Below, one piece after another: positions 31,201 to 39,186 of a DNA stretch of 62,383 nt. The DNA lies in NCBI GenBank assembly GCA_964578995.1, contig CAZOEZ010000002.1, forward strand, positions 1 through 62,383, read 5' to 3'. The notes under the pieces were generated by a model. The model was not told the origin of the DNA. It worked only from the letters and a program-made list of their open reading frames with translations, and ran no database searches. The DNA comes from an uncultured archaeon (GTDB taxonomy: Archaea; Thermoplasmatota; Poseidoniia; MGIII; CG-Epi1). The translations under genes were made by a program, and so were the position numbers. Numbering within the stretch: position 1 is the first letter of the stretch; the number at the start of each line of letters is the position of its first letter.

Positions 31201-33631
31201 CATCAATAATAATTTGTGCATTTTTCAAATCAAAAGCATCATAGAGTACTTCTCTATATGCTTCTTCTAACATAGGGAATGAATCTACTTCGTTTATGGC
31301 TTCTAAAACCTGAGAGGTACGTAGTTGTTGTCTTGGCAATGATATTTCTCTTCCTTTGTAATTACGTAAAACCATAAACGAACGGTTTGCACAATGTCTA
31401 AATCGTTGTGCAAATATTTCAGTGTTCTTAATCGCTTTTCTCAACAAAGGTTCTAATGACTTTGGCAATAATCTGTCAGCAATCCCTTCAATAGCCAATC
31501 TACTTGGAAACGTGAGTAGAAATGCATCATCACTAAGAGATATTCGTACACTACTTCCAATTTCTTTACCTAGTTTAAAAGCAAATGCTCTAGCTAGTGC
31601 ATCATTTACCCTTCTTCCAAAAGGAAAATGGAAAATTGCCCCATTTCTACCTCTATTATCGAGATAACCTTCTACCATTAGGTTTTTATCCGAAGGCACA
31701 AATCCACAAATCTTCTTTTGCTCATCTAAATGTGAAATAATAGTTTTAGCAGCACCCTTATCAAGCCTAAATTCCTCTTCAAGCCATTTAATAATTTCTT
31801 CTTCATCTAATTCTAGCTTTTTTTCTACTTCAGCCCTAAATTTACCAACCGCTTCCGATAAATCAAACGAACGAGGTAACATTTCACCAGACCATGAGGG
31901 AACGGTTGGTTTTCTTCCAAGTCCATCTTTTACAACTACAGTTGACCTTTTACATTCTAGAAATTGGTAAGTTCTTCCGCCTAATACAAATATATCATTT
32001 CTTGAAAGATTTTCAACAAATTTTTCTGACAAATTCCCAAGTTGGGCCCCTCTTCCTTCTAATACAACAGTGTAATTTATTTCTTGAGGGATGGTTCCAA
32101 TATTCATGTTATAAATTTGGCGTGACCCTCTCTTTATTCCTATTTCCCTATCTTTTTTGTCATACCAAATCTTTGGATATACACCATGGTTTTCTAATGC
32201 GTCCCCACCTAAAAAATCTAGAACATCAAGGAACTCATGTTTTGTCAAATTTCGATAAGGATATGCAGAGGTCACTAGTTCATACATTTCATCGCTGTTC
32301 CATTTACGATCAAGTGACATTCCAATTATTGACTGCGCAAGAACATCCGTTGCCTTTTCAGGTATAGATACACGGTCAATCTGGCCTCCATATGCTGATC
32401 GAACTAAAACAGCACATTCAACTAAATCATCCGGATCAAAGACAACTAATCTTCCTTTTGATATTGCTCTCAGTGCATGTCCGGCTCTGCCAATTCGTTG
32501 TAAACCTTTAGCAATAGATTTCGGTGATCCAATTTGAACAACTAAATCGACATATCCAATATCAATTCCTAATTCCAGACTCGTTGATGAAACAACAACA
32601 TCCATCTCACCACCCTTTAATTTTTCTTCTACATCTAAACGCATCTCTTTGGATAAAGATCCGTGGTGTGCAGCTAATTTTTCTATCCCTCTTTCTTTAA
32701 GTTGGATTGCAATAGATTCAGTCCCAGCTCTCGTATTAGTAAAAATCAAAGTCGTACGGTGATCGTTAACTAAATCAACAAGCAAATCATACATTTTTGA
32801 ATTGATTACTTCAGTAGAATGCAATGTTAAATTATCAACTGGACAAATAACTTTGAGGTCTAGGTGTTTTCTTTCTTTAACATCTACTATATTGACAGGC
32901 CTTGGTTTTCCTTTAGTGTAACCACCTAAAAATCCTGCAATATCTTCAATAGGGGCCTGTGTCGCAGATAGCCCAATTCTTACGGGTTCCCTGTCAATAA
33001 TTTGTGCTAATCTTTCAACTGAAAGGGAAAGATGGGTTCCTCTTTTGTTATTTGCTAAATCATGTATTTCATCTAGGATGATGTATCTTGTTTTTCGGAA
33101 ATGATCCCTGAATTTCTTGGATGATAAAAGCAAGCCCAAGCTTTCGGGAGTGGTGATTAGAATGTGCGGGGGTTTTCTAACCATCTTGGCCCTATCTTTG
33201 AGGGATGTATCTCCAGATCTTACAGCAACTTTAATTTCAGGTACGTCTATATCAAATTCTTCTGCTAATTTCATCATTTCTTCTAAAGGTTGTTTTAGAT
33301 TTCTATCAATATCGTTTGCTAATGCTTTGAGAGGTGAAATATAAATGGCATGAACTCCATCCTCAAATTCACTTTCGCGATGTATTTTCAAGAAATCATT
33401 TATAATGCTGAGAAAAGCAGTTAATGTTTTTCCAGATCCAGTGGGACTAGACACTAGAACATTTTTTTTATTATGAATTAATGGAACAGCCATAGACTGA
33501 GGTGGTGTTAAATCATCAAATTTTGAATTAAACCATTTTCTAATAAGCGGTTCAAAGCCTTTCAATACTTCTTTCTTGCTTTTTCTATCAGTTATGTAAT
33601 TTACCATGTTTTTCGATAAACCATTTACCAC
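28271..33631 (-). CDS. lhr: Lhr-family superfamily-2 helicase with very long winged-helix-rich C-terminal extension (1786 aa)
   Basis: Motif I SSPTGSGKT, II ILDEIHDL, III GLSATQ, VI QRIGRAGH, then the Lhr-specific domain (FHFPFGRRVNDALARAF). After about residue 900 there are at least five wHTH-like modules (e.g. LSKSEISKELEVKTELIDGALRALEEKLMIHRY; GPLTFAELRRECGLPLNVTRTILNNLQEEDLV). GTG start at 33631; an alternative ATG lies at 33607. Confidence 0.85.
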   Translation of the reverse strand: MVNGLSKNMVNYITDRKSKKEVLKGFEPLIRKWFNSKFDDLTPPQSMAVPLIHNKKNVLVSSPTGSGKTLTAFLSIINDFLKIHRESEFEDGVHAIYISPLKALANDIDRNLKQPLEEMMKLAEEFDIDVPEIKVAVRSGDTSLKDRAKMVRKPPHILITTPESLGLLLSSKKFRDHFRKTRYIILDEIHDLANNKRGTHLSLSVERLAQIIDREPVRIGLSATQAPIEDIAGFLGGYTKGKPRPVNIVDVKERKHLDLKVICPVDNLTLHSTEVINSKMYDLLVDLVNDHRTTLIFTNTRAGTESIAIQLKERGIEKLAAHHGSLSKEMRLDVEEKLKGGEMDVVVSSTSLELGIDIGYVDLVVQIGSPKSIAKGLQRIGRAGHALRAISKGRLVVFDPDDLVECAVLVRSAYGGQIDRVSIPEKATDVLAQSIIGMSLDRKWNSDEMYELVTSAYPYRNLTKHEFLDVLDFLGGDALENHGVYPKIWYDKKDREIGIKRGSRQIYNMNIGTIPQEINYTVVLEGRGAQLGNLSEKFVENLSRNDIFVLGGRTYQFLECKRSTVVVKDGLGRKPTVPSWSGEMLPRSFDLSEAVGKFRAEVEKKLELDEEEIIKWLEEEFRLDKGAAKTIISHLDEQKKICGFVPSDKNLMVEGYLDNRGRNGAIFHFPFGRRVNDALARAFAFKLGKEIGSSVRISLSDDAFLLTFPSRLAIEGIADRLLPKSLEPLLRKAIKNTEIFAQRFRHCANRSFMVLRNYKGREISLPRQQLRTSQVLEAINEVDSFPMLEEAYREVLYDAFDLKNAQIIIDDIMKGERKIEYRTYSPVPSPLSHSLILSGLSDIVLMEDRSALLRELHAQVLGRVLEQGDGDKPRFEKELIDGYFNEKRPIVGTREGIIQAIKQIGGIYLLSDRGKSIYRMTDMAATEMQELCQEMIEDKVVESIWTGDKDDLFVIPELVPHYKAIYAIDEKLSKDAENAYKKLKGVKEIKPKKICEELEKRYIVCKTPNGVRKREIEKTISYEKALDWLITSHLGFVGPQSKEDIALDLRLSEDIISQSLYELEEEGTIQGGNFVLGRSTPQYLLAEDVIYLEAQSLGDVDVVPEKILREYLDYKIFKKFPSLQTLFEQHNDVSSPRTVFHRLDNPDLDEWWEWRDSDAILQGRFSAGKLRYVPANKIGMYQALFRKEPEGKIQNLIVDMLRRSPPLSKSEISKELEVKTELIDGALRALEEKLMIHRYNRHRNPWTTHNRYRLLNEYSSPELPERKIVLDQLRSTGPLTFAELRRECGLPLNVTRTILNNLQEEDLVAKIVVVGATRLFEYCLKEELENIRNTKEEKKVRVISWRDPMLAHIRREMYSSYGEAWTNPIIQGGMVAGYMEAWAMSGLLDIREVVLDDNTKIGDFLDGLDEYSTYQENFHSNIIRVKAFASTKVEDLDTTIVKQFEEKGYQRIRNWLVKGPVINREYQEREIYGYLLWRQRIHPEKRFRNAAEAFREMGGVRSEYELSLRVQGRFFHPRDYGNEMELVQGVMIPGYSTYCNVRDAIVYRDARNVLPEPDDRRLLALAIDSKGLPREELYRRSGMDPDSFKLSLARLYQSLNLVRTTRGNYRTLPVNRIYEPEEARFRVVKRLILSFGIISAECLGMLLKGEIPMAELRGILLRLEEENILVKGFLREGSETLYWVVKDDIDYIKGHLFQGSFVLNQGDRLAHYLSEDVKQKYGLGACNVIFSSTRMTGAFKMSKRGKDVVITEFVGDNHERHVIEAWCRQWRLNLEWELKSEEKVEV

Positions 33632-33728
33632 CCATTAGCGACGGGTGTAATAGATTATGGGTATTGTATTCCAAAAAGCAAAAGTTTGTGATAAACTCTT
33701 TTTTAGGCCCTCTCTGTCGCGAAAGAGA

Positions 33729-33803
33729 GCCATCGTGGCTAAGGGGTATAGCGGTGCCTTGGTAAGGCGCAGGTCGTGGGTTCGATTCCCACCGATGGCT
33801 CCA
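33729..33803 (+). tRNA. tRNA-Thr (anticodon GGU), 3' CCA genomically encoded
   Basis: GCCATCGTGGCTAAGGGGTATAGCGGTGCCTTGGTAAGGCGCAGGTCGTGGGTTCGATTCCCACCGATGGCTCCA. It has a 7-bp acceptor stem, anticodon stem GTGCC/GGCGC with loop TTGGTAA, and a GTGGGTTCGATTCCCAC T-arm. Confidence 0.9.
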
Positions 33804-34388
33804 TTATTGTACGTAGTATGCTTTGTGACCCTTTGCCCATTTTCTAATGTCTATTATCTCAACATTATTAAATTCAGTATTTAGTTTATTCTCTACAGCA
33901 TCAAAGATATCTTCATCTTTTCCAGTCATTGAACGTGATTTTATCATGAGGAAACCACATTTTGGTTTAAAGAAAACATAATTCCGAATAAAAACATCTA
34001 ATTGGTCACTTTGTGCTATATCTTGGTATAATATATCAGGTATGTTTGCATGCGGTTGATATGTTCTTGGAAAATGTGCATCACCTAGAAAAGGTATTAT
34101 GTTTTTTTCTCTTTCAGCCAAAACAACAAGTTCAGCCATGGCAGTAGGTGAGATATCTACACCAACAACCCTACCTTCTGTGCATATCTTGCTTAAAAAA
34201 CTGACTGTATTTCCCTCCGCAGCTCCTAGATATAGAACGGTACTTTCCTTTGTAAATGGCCAGTGATTTCCTTTTCCTAAGATATATGCTGCTAATTTAG
34301 AATGATAAGGATTCCAGGCAACCCAGTTCTTGCCGTACTTTAGTTCTAAAAATCCTCTTTTCTTCCGTAAATTGTTTGGTAGTTTCAT
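33804..34388 (-). CDS. flpA: Fibrillarin-like rRNA/tRNA 2'-O-methyltransferase
   Basis: WNPYHSKLAAYIL, VLYLGAAEGNTVSFLSKI, ERE(K)NIIPFLGDA and DILYQDIAQ match archaeal fibrillarin. Confidence 0.9.
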   Translation of the reverse strand: MKLPNNLRKKRGFLELKYGKNWVAWNPYHSKLAAYILGKGNHWPFTKESTVLYLGAAEGNTVSFLSKICTEGRVVGVDISPTAMAELVVLAEREKNIIPFLGDAHFPRTYQPHANIPDILYQDIAQSDQLDVFIRNYVFFKPKCGFLMIKSRSMTGKDEDIFDAVENKLNTEFNNVEIIDIRKWAKGHKAYYVQ

Positions 34389-34390
34389 AA

Positions 34391-36451
34391 CTAGGCTAGG
34401 CCTTGTTTTTCAGCTTCTATAGCTTCACTTATGCCTGGATCTATTACTCCAGTCCACGGTTCAGCTCCTATAATATTTGTTGAGTCAATTCCTTCTACCC
34501 ATAATTCTAGCCCCTCAAAGGTATTTCTATTCCCCTCAGGAATTGTAAATTTATATTTTGCAGATTCAGTAGTTGGTAGTCCAACTGACCACACGACATG
34601 ATTCCCTTCACGTTTTCCAGGCCTCGGTTCAGCTTCTTTTATCTCATGTCCAGGAGCCTCCACTCTCAATTTGAAATTGGCAGATCGTAGTCTATAATTT
34701 ATTATTTTTATCTTTATTTCAATTTGATTATTTTCAAATTCAATTTCTTCTTCAATCCAAACAACATCCATTATAGCCGCGACAACTTTGTCTAAATTTG
34801 GTACGGGTTGACCCACTACACTTGAAGCTTTTTCAGCAATTGCAGGTAAAACTTTTTGGACTAGATCAAATTTTTCACTAACTTTTGCTCTTTTCTTTTG
34901 CTTCTTAAGATGCCTTGACAATGTTTTTGCATTATTTCTTAAAGCTAATTTTATTTCTTTCTTGATTTCTTCAATATCTGCGATTGCTTCTTTAGCTTCA
35001 GATGTAAAGGGTATGTTTGTTGATGCTACATGTACTAAGATTATTGCAGGTCCGTTAGGTGTTCCCTTTCCCTTTTTCTGTTCTAATCCATAAGTTCTCC
35101 AGTTAATTCCTTGGACTGCTTTTGTAATTGCACAACCGCCAGCCTGATAAAGTAGCGGAACGCGATTTGCAAACCTTAGAACTTGGACAGGTTGATCCTT
35201 TGGTAGATTTCCACCATAAACCATCCCTACTTCAACAAGAAATGGAGTTCCTGCAAAAACGGAAGGTGTTCTACTAATTGGTAATGTGTAAAAATCAGGT
35301 CTGTATTCTTCTAAAACTTGTTTTAATCCAAGTTTGATTAATTTTGGTCCAATTGGTACTAAAATCCCACTTGTCGGTGTCCTAATCGATGTCGTTTTGA
35401 ATGCATCTATCAGTGCTTTAGCTTCTAATCGAGTTATGTCTTGAGGTCTTACATAAGGCGAGAGTCTTGCTTTTATCAAAACGTCACTTATACTCTTAGT
35501 ACCCATAGATGATAAATCCTTACGTAGGAAATGTCCCATTTGGTGTTCTTTACTATGATGGGCCATTCTCATTAATTGCCCCAATTCAACACCATGTGGA
35601 TGGGGTTTGACCCCTTGACTTGGGAGTTTTGGAAGGTCAGGACTTCCTCTATCGAATAAGAATGTTTTCTTTTCCGGGTTAGTAAAAATTATTTTAGCAT
35701 GTGGATTAACGATTGCAGTCGATTTTAGATATTCTAATACCGAAGGTCTAGCTTCTCGGTATCTGCCCTTGATTGCAAATTCAACCCTTGTTCCATGGTA
35801 TTTTTCAGGATATATTCCATCTTCATCAGGTTTACCATTTTCATTTTTCCAAACAAAATCTTCAGTTCTCTCAACATTCCCCCTATTATTTCTAGTATCT
35901 AGTTTCATTGCTATTCTAGTTGCTAGATGCTCTTCAGATATTCTCGTACTAATAATCGCAGATCTTCCGGTTGTTAGTTGCCCATACATTATAGCCGCAG
36001 AGATTCCAATACCTTGTTGTCCCCTCGACTGCTTTCCACTGCCAAATCTTGAACCATAAAGTAATCTTCCAAATACATTTGGCACATTTTCTTCCACTAT
36101 TCCAGGTCCATTGTCTTCAATTGCAATACTAAGTTCATCTTTGCCAAGAGTTCCAATTTCTATCTTCAATTCAGGAAGAATTCCGGCCTGTTCACATGCA
36201 TCAAGACTGTTGTCAACACCTTCTTTTACGGCCGTTATCAATGAATGTGTTGGGTTGTCAAATCCTAAGATATGCCTATTTTGTTCAAAAAATTCTGAAA
36301 CAGGAATATCTCTCTGTTCTTTAGCAAGTTGATGTGCTTTCGTATTTTTTTTGGTTTTCTTTCTAACTTCTTTTTTTTCTACTTTAATCTCTTCGACTTG
36401 TATTTCCTCAGCTTTATCCTCACTTCCGAAATCGAAGGTCATCTGGTCCAT
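34391..36451 (-). CDS. top6B: DNA topoisomerase VI subunit B
   Basis: Bergerat-fold motifs (VKEGVDNSLDA, DNGPGI, GSRFGSGKQSRGQQGIGISAA), transducer domain and C-terminal extension. Confidence 0.92.
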   Translation of the reverse strand: MDQMTFDFGSEDKAEEIQVEEIKVEKKEVRKKTKKNTKAHQLAKEQRDIPVSEFFEQNRHILGFDNPTHSLITAVKEGVDNSLDACEQAGILPELKIEIGTLGKDELSIAIEDNGPGIVEENVPNVFGRLLYGSRFGSGKQSRGQQGIGISAAIMYGQLTTGRSAIISTRISEEHLATRIAMKLDTRNNRGNVERTEDFVWKNENGKPDEDGIYPEKYHGTRVEFAIKGRYREARPSVLEYLKSTAIVNPHAKIIFTNPEKKTFLFDRGSPDLPKLPSQGVKPHPHGVELGQLMRMAHHSKEHQMGHFLRKDLSSMGTKSISDVLIKARLSPYVRPQDITRLEAKALIDAFKTTSIRTPTSGILVPIGPKLIKLGLKQVLEEYRPDFYTLPISRTPSVFAGTPFLVEVGMVYGGNLPKDQPVQVLRFANRVPLLYQAGGCAITKAVQGINWRTYGLEQKKGKGTPNGPAIILVHVASTNIPFTSEAKEAIADIEEIKKEIKLALRNNAKTLSRHLKKQKKRAKVSEKFDLVQKVLPAIAEKASSVVGQPVPNLDKVVAAIMDVVWIEEEIEFENNQIEIKIKIINYRLRSANFKLRVEAPGHEIKEAEPRPGKREGNHVVWSVGLPTTESAKYKFTIPEGNRNTFEGLELWVEGIDSTNIIGAEPWTGVIDPGISEAIEAEKQGLA

Positions 36452-36488
36452 TCAATGCCTATAAGCGCCAATAATTAAGCAGTACCCC

Positions 36489-36932
36489 TCACAAATAATT
36501 TATTTTACAAAATCGAGACTTAGGTATTTGATTCTTGAGTAAACTTCCATTCCAATGCCCGCACCCCAACGTAATTTTTTTGTATTTAACGATTACAAAA
36601 CCAGGATTCACATCAGTTTCAGGTTCCAGATTTAAACCATTGCAATAATCGATTGTCAATTTTTTATTCAATTCAATAACATTTTGGTAGATTTGATTTC
36701 CGAATAGTTGAAGAAAGTTGGTTGTGGGTTTGGGAGTCTTATCTACTCTGAATATACATATTCCAATGCTTTCAGGATTTATTCTTTCAATTTCATCAGG
36801 ACCAATATAAACTCTATTCTTTGAACCAAGGTACCACTTATAATTATCAAATATTTTACTTGAAAGGTCAAATCTTCCTTTACAATATTCAAGAATCTGC
36901 ATTTTTTTCTTAGCGTCCAGTGGTGTTAACAT
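36489..36932 (-). CDS. Stand-alone RsmF-type C-terminal / PUA-like RNA-binding domain protein
   Basis: The C-terminal GFVIVKYKKITLGCGHWNGSLLKNQIPKSR matches my recollection of the PUA-like end of RsmF/YebU methyltransferases (G.pLG.gK..g..lKN.yPK..R). The start overlaps the upstream NSUN methyltransferase stop by 7 nt. Confidence 0.5.
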   Translation of the reverse strand: MLTPLDAKKKMQILEYCKGRFDLSSKIFDNYKWYLGSKNRVYIGPDEIERINPESIGICIFRVDKTPKPTTNFLQLFGNQIYQNVIELNKKLTIDYCNGLNLEPETDVNPGFVIVKYKKITLGCGHWNGSLLKNQIPKSRFCKINYL

Positions 36933-37846
36933 TTTTCCATCCTTGCCACAAAGAAACCATCCGTATCATTTTGGTGAGGCCAGATCCTCATACATTTTTC
37001 TACTTCGTTATCATATTTTTGTCCATTCCATTCAGTTATTCCTTTTCCTGTTTTTAATCCATTAAGACTTATTTTTTTAAGATCAATGGATTCTTCTGTA
37101 AGAATTTCGCTAACAATTTTTTCATTCTCATCTGGAGAAAAGGTACACGTTGAATAAATTATAGTACTTCCTTTAGGTGCCATCTGGCAGGCTTTTTTCA
37201 ATAAATCTTTCTGTAGTTTGCTAAATCTTTCATAGTCTTTTTCTTTCCATTCTCGGGCTACAGCATTTTTTTTTCTAATAGTTCCTTCCGAACTACAAGG
37301 CACATCAACTAGGTATAACTCGGCTTTTGTATTTGGGAATGATTTAAAATCTCTTAATGATACGGTGGTATTTGTTACACCTAAACGATCTAAATTACCT
37401 CTTAGAGATTTTATTCTCGCATGTCTTGAATCATTAGCAAGAATCTGTCCTTTATTTTGCATCATATCGGCCATTTGAGTAGTTTTTGAGCCTGGTGCCG
37501 CACAGCAGTCTAAGATTCTACTTTCTTCAATTACGTCTTTTGCGATTAATGGAGGTATCATAGAGGTCAATTCTTGAATATAGATTTGACCCGTAAAATG
37601 TTCAATACTGCTCCCTAAATTTGTGAGATTTGATACAAAAGCATTATCATTCCACTTCACATATTCTATTTCAGGGTCATAATCTTTCAATTTATTCAAT
37701 ACTTCTTCTTTCTCTCCTTTTAGTGTATTTATTCTGAAAGATTGTTTTAATGGTTCATTTATGAATTTAGCAAATTTATCTGGTTTATCAACAATACTTT
37801 TGTAACGCTCTATAATATTTTCTTTTACAGTTTGAAAAGCACCCAT
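36926..37846 (-). CDS. NOL1/NOP2/Sun-family RNA cytosine-C5 methyltransferase (catalytic domain only)
   Basis: DCCAAPGSKTTQMA (SAM), DVPCSSEGTIRK (motif IV Cys), YSTCTFSPDENE (motif VI Cys), DGFFVA. Confidence 0.88.
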   Translation of the reverse strand: MGAFQTVKENIIERYKSIVDKPDKFAKFINEPLKQSFRINTLKGEKEEVLNKLKDYDPEIEYVKWNDNAFVSNLTNLGSSIEHFTGQIYIQELTSMIPPLIAKDVIEESRILDCCAAPGSKTTQMADMMQNKGQILANDSRHARIKSLRGNLDRLGVTNTTVSLRDFKSFPNTKAELYLVDVPCSSEGTIRKKNAVAREWKEKDYERFSKLQKDLLKKACQMAPKGSTIIYSTCTFSPDENEKIVSEILTEESIDLKKISLNGLKTGKGITEWNGQKYDNEVEKCMRIWPHQNDTDGFFVARMEKC

Positions 37847-37848
37847 AT

Positions 37849-39159
37849 CTAAGCCCTTAGTACACGGGCTTTTGGTTTTTTGAGCTTAGCCATAACATTT
37901 CTTGTATCGATAACTAATTTAGCGTGTTTGCCTAATAGTTCATAATCAACGTTTGAATGATCAGTAGTTATGACGATGGCATCTTGTTTCTTTATATTTC
38001 TTGAATTCAATTCTAAACTATTTTGGGAATCCACTTTTTTAACATAGGGATCATGATAAGAAATATTTGCCCCCTTAAATTGTAATAATTTAATTATTGC
38101 TAAAGCCGGTGATTCTCTTGTGTCATCAACATCTTTTTTGTAAGCAACACCTAGTATCATTATGTTACTCCCTCTAATGCTTTTTTTATCGTCATTTAGT
38201 GCCTTTCCTATTCTATGAGCTATATTTTCGGTCATCTTTCGATTAATTTCACCAGCTAGCTCAATAAATCTCGCTTCTGTATTGTATTCTTTTGCTTTCC
38301 ATGAAAGGTAGAAAGGATCAATAGGAATACAATGACCACCCATGCCAGGCCCAGGGTAAAATGGCATAAATCCAAACGGCTTAGTTTTAGCAGCGTCTAT
38401 AACTTCCCAGATATTTATGTCCATTCTATCAAGGACAAGTTTTAGTTCATTTACCATTGCAATATTTACAGCTCTGAATATATTCTCCATTAATTTAGCC
38501 GCTTCAGCAGTTTCCATTGTACTAACTTCTACAGTCTCTAGAACTATGTGTTTGTACAAGCTACTAGTCAGTTTAAGACAATTATCTGTAAACCCACCCA
38601 TTACTTTTGGGATTATTGAGACACTAAACTCTTTGTTACCAGGATCTTCTCTTTCAGGAGAATAAGCAAGAAAGAAATCTTTACCTGCTGCTAGACCTGA
38701 TTTTTCTAGGATTGGTTTGACAATTTCCTTCGTTGTTCCAGGATATGTCGTTGACTCAAGTACTATCAATTGTTCTTTTTGGAGGTTTTTACTAATTTCT
38801 AGTGATGCACTTTCAACATAACTCATATCAGGTTGTTCATGTTTGTCAAGAGGAGTAGGAACACAGATGATTAAGCAATCCATATTTTTAATGTTAGAAA
38901 AGTCAGCAGTTGCGGAGCCATTATTTTCCACAAATTTTTTCATGACACTTTTGGTTATATGTTTCATTACTTGCTTTCCAGCATTTATGTCATTAACTCG
39001 TTTTATATCTTTATCAAATCCTAAAACAGTGAATCCTTTATTGGAAAATTCTATACCTAATGGAATACCAACATACCCCATTCCAACAATTCCAATTTTG
39101 GCATTTTTGCTTTTGATTTTATCTTGGAGGTGCCTCATCAAATCTCCTATATGTATCAA
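37849..39159 (-). CDS. Nucleotide-sugar 6-dehydrogenase (UDP-GlcNAc/UDP-ManNAc dehydrogenase family)
   Basis: Rossmann IGIVGMGYVGIPLG, catalytic GGHCIPIDP, C-terminal UDP-binding domain. Confidence 0.85.
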   Translation of the reverse strand: MIHIGDLMRHLQDKIKSKNAKIGIVGMGYVGIPLGIEFSNKGFTVLGFDKDIKRVNDINAGKQVMKHITKSVMKKFVENNGSATADFSNIKNMDCLIICVPTPLDKHEQPDMSYVESASLEISKNLQKEQLIVLESTTYPGTTKEIVKPILEKSGLAAGKDFFLAYSPEREDPGNKEFSVSIIPKVMGGFTDNCLKLTSSLYKHIVLETVEVSTMETAEAAKLMENIFRAVNIAMVNELKLVLDRMDINIWEVIDAAKTKPFGFMPFYPGPGMGGHCIPIDPFYLSWKAKEYNTEARFIELAGEINRKMTENIAHRIGKALNDDKKSIRGSNIMILGVAYKKDVDDTRESPALAIIKLLQFKGANISYHDPYVKKVDSQNSLELNSRNIKKQDAIVITTDHSNVDYELLGKHAKLVIDTRNVMAKLKKPKARVLRA

Positions 39160-39186
39160 AACTACAAGAGGGGGGTATAAATTACG

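Noticed and set aside
31894-32367. 157-aa plus-strand ORF, plus other 60-90-aa ORFs (29604-29879, 31012-31197, 31422-31667, 33117-33344) inside the Lhr gene
   Set aside because: These are antisense to a gene with unambiguous helicase motifs. AT-rich DNA yields such shadow ORFs, and they carry no motifs.
33657-33884. 75-aa plus-strand ORF
   Set aside because: It runs straight through the tRNA-Thr gene and antisense into fibrillarin, so it is spurious.
34391-36451. Possibility that orphan top6B (and gyrB at 15847-17760) are pseudogenes
   Set aside because: Both are full-length with intact ATPase and transducer/Toprim motifs and no internal stops. Their partners are most likely encoded elsewhere.
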